Part shown: positions 58,688-64,000 of the stretch, one piece after another | Numbering within the stretch: the stretch's first letter is position 1 | How the letters are laid out: every line of letters begins with the position of its first letter | Source: Candidatus Buchananbacteria bacterium | Lineage (GTDB): Bacteria > Patescibacteriota > Patescibacteriia > 2-01-FULL-39-33 | NCBI GenBank assembly: GCA_041666945.1 | Contig: JBAYFY010000003.1 | Coordinates: forward strand, 7,392-71,391 | Length of the DNA: 64,000 bases | Reading direction: 5' to 3' | Made by a program: the position numbers and the translations under genes | The notes under the pieces: generated by a model | The model's database searches: none | What the model saw: only the letters and a program-made list of their open reading frames with translations | What the model was told of the DNA's origin: nothing

Positions 58688-59929
58688 ATGAGCATGATCC
58701 AACCGAAAAAGGATTCGGTAATGAACGAACTGCTTGAGAGCAAGCAGTATTTTAATTTGCCCAAAACGGGCGAACTGGTTACGGGCAAAATTATTGCCAT
58801 TGACAACAACGCTATCCACATTGATTTGGGCGGAGTGGCCACCGGCGTAGTCCGCGGCCGCGAACGCTATGCCGACGCTGAACAATATAAAAATTTGGCA
58901 ATCGGCGACACCATTGAAGCGACGGTTTTGGAATTGGAAAATGAAAACGGCGAAGTGGAATTGTCTTTCCAATATGCCGGCAAACAAAAGGCCTGGCAGA
59001 CCCTTAAGGACTATGTCAAATCCGGGGAAATCATTTCCGCCACCATCACCGAGGCCAATAAAGGCGGCTTGCTCGCCAAAGTTGATACGGTGTCCGGTTT
59101 CTTGCCCGTTTCCCAATTAGCGCCGGAGCATTACCCGCGCATTCCGGGCGGCGATAAAAACCGCATTTATGAAATCCTCAAGAGCTACGTCGGCAAGAAG
59201 TTTGATATCAAGGTCATTGACGCCAATGAAGACGAGGATAAATTGATTATTTCCGAAAAAGCCGCTTGGGAAGAAACCCAACGCGATGTGATAAACAAAT
59301 ACAAAGTCGGCATGATTGTGGAAGGCGCGGTTACCGCCGTCACTGATTTTGGCGTTTTCGTGGAATTTGACGACAAACTGGAAGGGCTTATCCATATTTC
59401 AGAAATTGCCTGGCAAAGAATTGATAACCCGCATAATTTCGTCAAAGTCGGCCAGAAGGTCAAAGCGGAAATCATCTCCATTGAAAACTCCAAGATTTTC
59501 CTGTCCATGAAAAAACTGGAGCATGATCCGTGGGTCGGCATTGAGAAAAGATTTGAAGTGGGCCAGAAGGTTACCGGCACTATCATCAAAGTCAATCCAT
59601 TCGGTTTGTTCGTGGAACTGGGAGAGAATATCCAGGGTTTGGCTCATGTTTCCCAATTGTCCGACAAACCGGTCAAAGATCCGTCAGAAATCGCCAAGGA
59701 GGGCGAGAAAAAAGATTTCTACGTGGTCTCGCTGGATTCCAAGAACCACCGTTTGGGTTTATCTTTAGTCAAGCCGGGCAAGGCGGAAAAAACGGAAAAA
59801 GCCGCAACGGAAAAAACAGCGGAAACAGCGGTTGAAGTCAAGACCGAAGAACTGGTTAAGGCCGAGGAGAAAAAAGAAACCAAAAAACGCGGCCGACCCA
59901 AGAAAACTGAAGTGAAAAAAGAAGAATAA
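58688..59929 (+). CDS. rpsA: 30S ribosomal protein S1 (four S1 domains)
   Basis: NKGGL, GFLPVSQ, DFGVFV, EGLIHISE, GLAHVSQ, LGLSL; the exact start is uncertain (58673-58721). Confidence 0.92.
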   Translation: MSMIQPKKDSVMNELLESKQYFNLPKTGELVTGKIIAIDNNAIHIDLGGVATGVVRGRERYADAEQYKNLAIGDTIEATVLELENENGEVELSFQYAGKQKAWQTLKDYVKSGEIISATITEANKGGLLAKVDTVSGFLPVSQLAPEHYPRIPGGDKNRIYEILKSYVGKKFDIKVIDANEDEDKLIISEKAAWEETQRDVINKYKVGMIVEGAVTAVTDFGVFVEFDDKLEGLIHISEIAWQRIDNPHNFVKVGQKVKAEIISIENSKIFLSMKKLEHDPWVGIEKRFEVGQKVTGTIIKVNPFGLFVELGENIQGLAHVSQLSDKPVKDPSEIAKEGEKKDFYVVSLDSKNHRLGLSLVKPGKAEKTEKAATEKTAETAVEVKTEELVKAEEKKETKKRGRPKKTEVKKEE

Positions 59930-59934
59930 AATAC

Positions 59935-59971
59935 AAAAAAGAAACGTCCCTCGCCGGGGCGTTTCTTTTTC
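59935..59971 (+). terminator. Intrinsic terminator
   Basis: AAAAAGAAACGTCCC-TCGCC-GGGGCGTTTCTTTTT. Confidence 0.8.
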
Positions 59972-60104
59972 TAATGAAAAATTCCCTTTATTCCTCCTTT
60001 AGTTAGGGCTTAAAAGTACCAATAATATTACCAGTGTCCTAAGCCATCTGAAAAAATATACCAATTTAAAAGCTGCCGAAAATCTTCGACAGCATTAATT
60101 CAAA

Positions 60105-61553
60105 TTATAGGCATTCTGCAGCGTCTCGAGCGATCTTTGACCGAACAGACATATCTAAGAAGGTATTGGCGAAATAAGGCCAATGGCCCATCTTGACTGT
60201 GACGTGAGTCAGTCCAGAGGAACGCTTATCGATCCAACGAATATCAATCTGATTGATGTCGCCGACCAAAACCATTTTTGTGTCTTCACCAATGCGGGTT
60301 ACGATCGTTTTCATCTCCGAACGCGTCAGGTTTTGTGCCTCATCAATGATAACAAAAGCGCCAGCTAAAGTTCTACCGCGGATAAAGGATAACGGCAAAA
60401 TCTCCATGCCATTAACTTTATCCCGATTGATCTTCTCAATCAATCGGCGATTGGCTTCACTCCGAGAAGCGATGTAATCGATGTTATCATAGAGTGGCGC
60501 CAACCAAGGAATTGATTTGGCTACAAGGTCACCCGGCAAGAAACCGGTGCTATCTTTGTTAGACAAATGGATAAACGGCCGCGCAATATAGACCTTGCGA
60601 TAACGTCCGCAAGGAGCATAACCGGCTTTAGCCAGTTGTTCGCCCAAACAACAATTGCCGGCAACAGGAACATTGGCTTTATCGGGCTCCGTCACCAATT
60701 GCTTAAGCGCTGCAGCAATGGACATAAGCGTCTTACCAGTACCAGCTTCTCCATGCAAGGTGATGAGCGAAATCTCCGGATCCATTAATTGTTGCAAGGC
60801 CACATACTGCGCCCAATTTATTTTATTATCCATGGGACGAGGCGAAATACCCAGCACCCCAATATCATTTCTGATGGGGACGAAAAAATTGCCTTTTCTA
60901 ATGGCGGCAAATACAACACTACCCTCACGATTAGAAATAATCGCTCCCGCGTTGATTGGCACCTTAGCAGCATCGCCTCCCCTAATGATAAACTTGCCAT
61001 CCGGTTGTTCCTCTAACTGATCAGAAAATATCTCGGGCAAACCGTGCTCGAAATCCACTAAATCAACCTGATCGGCCTTATATTCTTCAACATTAAGTCC
61101 TAATTTTAAGCCGACTACGTGAACCATAGCATCATTGCTAACCAAGAATAAAGGCACATCCTCATGGTCCCTCATAATATCCAAACAAGCGGCAATAATG
61201 TGGTGATCGGGATTGCGCGGATCCAAATCAGGATAATTCCTAATATCGCCTTGAGCGATATAGAAATTAGGATCCTTATCATGGACTTTTTTATTGATTG
61301 TTCGGACGACATCGCTGACCTGACGACTCAAATCTTGATTGCTTTTAAGCGAATCCAATTCGCTCAAAACAATCCAGGGAACCACAACACCATTAGTGCC
61401 ATTTCTTTGCAAATTATCAATGGTTTTTGAGTCATTGACTAAGACATTGGTGTCAACCACATAAATCTGTCGAGGTTGACCAAAAATTTCCTTCAATCCA
61501 TAACCAATGATCGAACGAGGACCTTGCTGGCTTTTCTCTACTTCTTGCCGCAT
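60105..61553 (-). CDS. PIN-PhoH fusion protein (PhoH2/YlaK-like)
   Basis: VVDTNVL, ELD.LK, DHHII, VSND (PIN); GEAGTGKT, IRGRT, IIDEAQN, GDINQID (PhoH). Confidence 0.92.
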   Translation of the reverse strand: MRQEVEKSQQGPRSIIGYGLKEIFGQPRQIYVVDTNVLVNDSKTIDNLQRNGTNGVVVPWIVLSELDSLKSNQDLSRQVSDVVRTINKKVHDKDPNFYIAQGDIRNYPDLDPRNPDHHIIAACLDIMRDHEDVPLFLVSNDAMVHVVGLKLGLNVEEYKADQVDLVDFEHGLPEIFSDQLEEQPDGKFIIRGGDAAKVPINAGAIISNREGSVVFAAIRKGNFFVPIRNDIGVLGISPRPMDNKINWAQYVALQQLMDPEISLITLHGEAGTGKTLMSIAAALKQLVTEPDKANVPVAGNCCLGEQLAKAGYAPCGRYRKVYIARPFIHLSNKDSTGFLPGDLVAKSIPWLAPLYDNIDYIASRSEANRRLIEKINRDKVNGMEILPLSFIRGRTLAGAFVIIDEAQNLTRSEMKTIVTRIGEDTKMVLVGDINQIDIRWIDKRSSGLTHVTVKMGHWPYFANTFLDMSVRSKIARDAAECL

Positions 61554-61712
61554 GAGCAATCTCCTTTTGTTGTTGTTAAACAACTGTTCCTACTAAGTTT
61601 TGCTAAAATTTTAAGGTTCTATATTAATAAATCATCTTAGCAAAATACCAGCATTTGTCAAGGGGACAAAAAAGGAACCCTTTTGGGGGGTTCCTGGTCA
61701 ATATTTAAAGTG

Positions 61713-63143
61713 CTAAGGGTGTATCTGCGGATCAAGGGCATTGGACGCATAGAGATTGGGGATGGCGCCATAAGCCGTGAATTCCTCGGCATTCGTGTAG
61801 CCATCGCCGTCAGCATCGCCGTTAGGCGCAAAATACTCGGGAAAGGTCATATACGGGCCAATAAAGATAAGGTGGTCCGGATTATCTGGATCCGGCTGAT
61901 AAGCAAATCCCAACCGCGAATTGGGGATATTGTCGCCGAAAATGAAAGCCATGCCCAGAACCGTGCCAAGCGACCCGGTGCCAGAGATATACTTTTCCAC
62001 TGAATAATCCGCTTGCCCATCGCCTATCAGCATGTGGCCGGACAAAACTTCTTCCAAACCGGGAAAAATTAGCGGGGCTAACTGCCAATAGGCGCCAAAA
62101 TCAGCGGCAAACCGCTCTTTGTTATAATTCCAAGCATAATGCAGAAGCTTATGGTTTAAACCGTTAGGCAAACAGAATTCGGGATCTTCTAAAACTCTCT
62201 CCACTAACTTGAGTTCTACCGAACAATCAAGATAATCGTTGCCAGTAACATTATAAGTTACCAGATCGGTTCTTTTATCAAGTTGCAGGTTGCCATTGAC
62301 ATCTGCGGTACTTGGTTCAAAAAAATCAAGAATATTTCCGTAATCTCCTAAAATTACCCGCGGCGCTTCATAAACTTTCTGATAGCAAACGCAAAAATCA
62401 TTAAGCGGTTCCGGCAGGGGGTCACTGGGGTCGTCACCATCGTTAGCATTAAGGCAAGGGTCCTCTCCCTCTCCCTCTCCCTCTCCCTCTCCTTCACCTT
62501 CACCTTCGCCTTCGCCTTCGCCTTCTCCTTCTCCTTCTCCTTCTCCTTCTCCTTCACCAGAAGGAATGATATTTACGGTAACGGTTCGCGAAACAACTGG
62601 CTGATTGGTGATATTATTGATGATACAAAAATAATTTCCGGCATGATTAGCGTCGGCAACTAAAACTTCCAAATCGCTTAAAGTCGCCCAGGGCAATAAA
62701 GCGCCGTTTTGATACCACTGAAAACGCCAGGGCTGGGTGCCAAGCACTATGACTCTTAAAATAAACGTTTGTCCCGTTTCAATTTCAACATCCTGGGGTT
62801 CGGTCACTATAAACGGCGGCCGATTAACCTTCAGTGTGGCAATAACTGATGCTGTCTGGCCGTAAGGATTGCTTGCGACACAAACATAATTACCCTCGTC
62901 GGCAATCGTGGCCGAGAAAATAATGTGAATATTGGAGTTGGCATTAACGATGCTCTCTCCGTTTTTTTGCCACTGCCAATCCCAAGCGCCGACGGCATCG
63001 CAAATGAATTGCACTTCTGTCCCCGGATTAACGACACGAGACACCGGTTGAAGAGTAAACTCCGGCGGCTGCTGATCGCAACCTGCGGCTAAAACCAGTA
63101 AAACAACGCAAAAAATCGCCATTAATCGCCACTGTTTATCCAT
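61713..63143 (-). CDS. Lipoprotein with two Ig I-set domains, a (GE)n linker and a C-terminal DxDxDG repeat
   Basis: LAAG|C lipobox; WQWQKNG...DEGNYVC and FQWYQNG...AGNYFC; GE repeat at about 62462-62558; DADGDGYTNAEE; AAGGAG SD. Confidence 0.85.
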   Translation of the reverse strand: MDKQWRLMAIFCVVLLVLAAGCDQQPPEFTLQPVSRVVNPGTEVQFICDAVGAWDWQWQKNGESIVNANSNIHIIFSATIADEGNYVCVASNPYGQTASVIATLKVNRPPFIVTEPQDVEIETGQTFILRVIVLGTQPWRFQWYQNGALLPWATLSDLEVLVADANHAGNYFCIINNITNQPVVSRTVTVNIIPSGEGEGEGEGEGEGEGEGEGEGEGEGEGEGEGEDPCLNANDGDDPSDPLPEPLNDFCVCYQKVYEAPRVILGDYGNILDFFEPSTADVNGNLQLDKRTDLVTYNVTGNDYLDCSVELKLVERVLEDPEFCLPNGLNHKLLHYAWNYNKERFAADFGAYWQLAPLIFPGLEEVLSGHMLIGDGQADYSVEKYISGTGSLGTVLGMAFIFGDNIPNSRLGFAYQPDPDNPDHLIFIGPYMTFPEYFAPNGDADGDGYTNAEEFTAYGAIPNLYASNALDPQIHP

Positions 63144-63248
63144 GATTTTATCTCCTTGGTTGGTCTGGTTGATTTTTCGATGTAAGGAACATTGGGAAAA
63201 TACAATATATAACATTCTCACCGACAAGTCAAGATTAAAAAACCGGCC

Positions 63249-64000
63249 TTAATTCAGGTCGGCTTTATTGATTTGAATGTCCTCTTGCAGCCAATTTTTG
63301 GCGATTTCCCTGAAACGGCTGTTAGTGTCGGTAATAAAATATTCCTGGTGATTTTTTTGTTTTTGAGGATTATTTAACAGATATTGTTTGATAATTTTGA
63401 CGATTTCCTCGGCCGGGTCAACTAACCTGACCCTATGCCCCATCCTATCGGCGATGATTTTTTTCAATAGCGGATAATGGGTGCAGCCCAGGATCAAAGT
63501 GTCAATTTCTTGGCGCTTGAGAGGATAAAGATATTTGCGGGCTACGCTTTTCATTTCCGGCTTATTCAGCCAATCCTCTTCAACCAGCGGTACAAATAGA
63601 GGACAAGCCGCGCTCCTAACTTTCGCTTCCGGATTAAGATCTTTAATCGCTTTTTCATAAGCGCCGCTGCTAATGGTTCCTCTGGTGCCAATAACCCCGA
63701 TCTTGCCTTTAGTCAGCTTAACTGCTGACGCGACAGCCGGAGTAATCACTTCAAACACCGGCAAGTCATACTTTTGTTTAAGCAGATCGCCGGCAAAAGC
63801 CGAGGCCGTGTTGCAAGCTATTATAATAGCCGTAACTCCTCGCCCGACTAAAAAATCAACATCTTCGCAAGAATACTTCTGAATAATTTCTTGCGATCTG
63901 GAGCCATAAGGCATGCGGGCGTTATCACCCAAATAAATAAAAGAGCAGTCAGGCAACTGTTTTTTTATCTCTTTTACAACAGTCAAGCCGCCGACGCCCG
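63249..64000 (-). CDS. murI: Glutamate racemase (N-terminus truncated by the window edge)
   Basis: GVGGLTV, D.A..PYG, IACNTAS, LGCTHYP. Confidence 0.95.
   Translation of the reverse strand, partial: GVGGLTVVKEIKKQLPDCSFIYLGDNARMPYGSRSQEIIQKYSCEDVDFLVGRGVTAIIIACNTASAFAGDLLKQKYDLPVFEVITPAVASAVKLTKGKIGVIGTRGTISSGAYEKAIKDLNPEAKVRSAACPLFVPLVEEDWLNKPEMKSVARKYLYPLKRQEIDTLILGCTHYPLLKKIIADRMGHRVRLVDPAEEIVKIIKQYLLNNPQKQKNHQEYFITDTNSRFREIAKNWLQEDIQINKADLN

Noticed and set aside
62462-62558. Hexamer microsatellite as a phase-variation switch
   Set aside because: The unit length is a multiple of three, so slippage changes linker length only; the mixed codons suggest selection at the protein level.
1-64000. 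Alternative genetic code (UGA = Gly, as in Gracilibacteria)
   Set aside because: TGA terminates rpsU, leuS and uvrA at the expected positions, and long ORFs are intact under code 11.

Overview
This looks like a chromosomal segment of a Patescibacteria (CPR) bacterium, probably Parcubacteria/ABY1-like. That is inferred from CPR-style VirB2-like pilin fusions, aminoacyl-tRNA synthetases with inserted domains and AT-rich leaders without Shine-Dalgarno (SD) sites. TGA is used as a stop codon. The left 18 kb is a minus-strand surface-structure cluster: a 1105-aa and a 4196-aa protein that both start with a near-identical TrbC/VirB2-like pilin, two membrane-anchored DxDxDG-repeat proteins, and ybeY. 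The housekeeping genes are yqeY, rpsU, hisS, lepB, an LCP protein, leuS (Nudix insert), uvrA, porCDAB, a DsbA-like gene, ileS (His-phosphatase insert), argS, thrS, sufSE, rpsA and murI. They are interleaved with small accessory genes that carry strong SD sites. Notable signals: two T-box riboswitches with ultrashort Stem I (Ile and Thr specifiers), two paralogues resembling diversity-generating retroelement (DGR) target proteins, a REP-like palindrome present both as an intergenic array and in frame inside ileS, a GNAT gene broken by a 5-bp duplication, and a sufS-sufE-DUF4395-Cys-rich kinase operon. I found no rRNA, tRNA, CRISPR array, transposase or reverse transcriptase. All family calls come from motif recognition by eye, not database searches.
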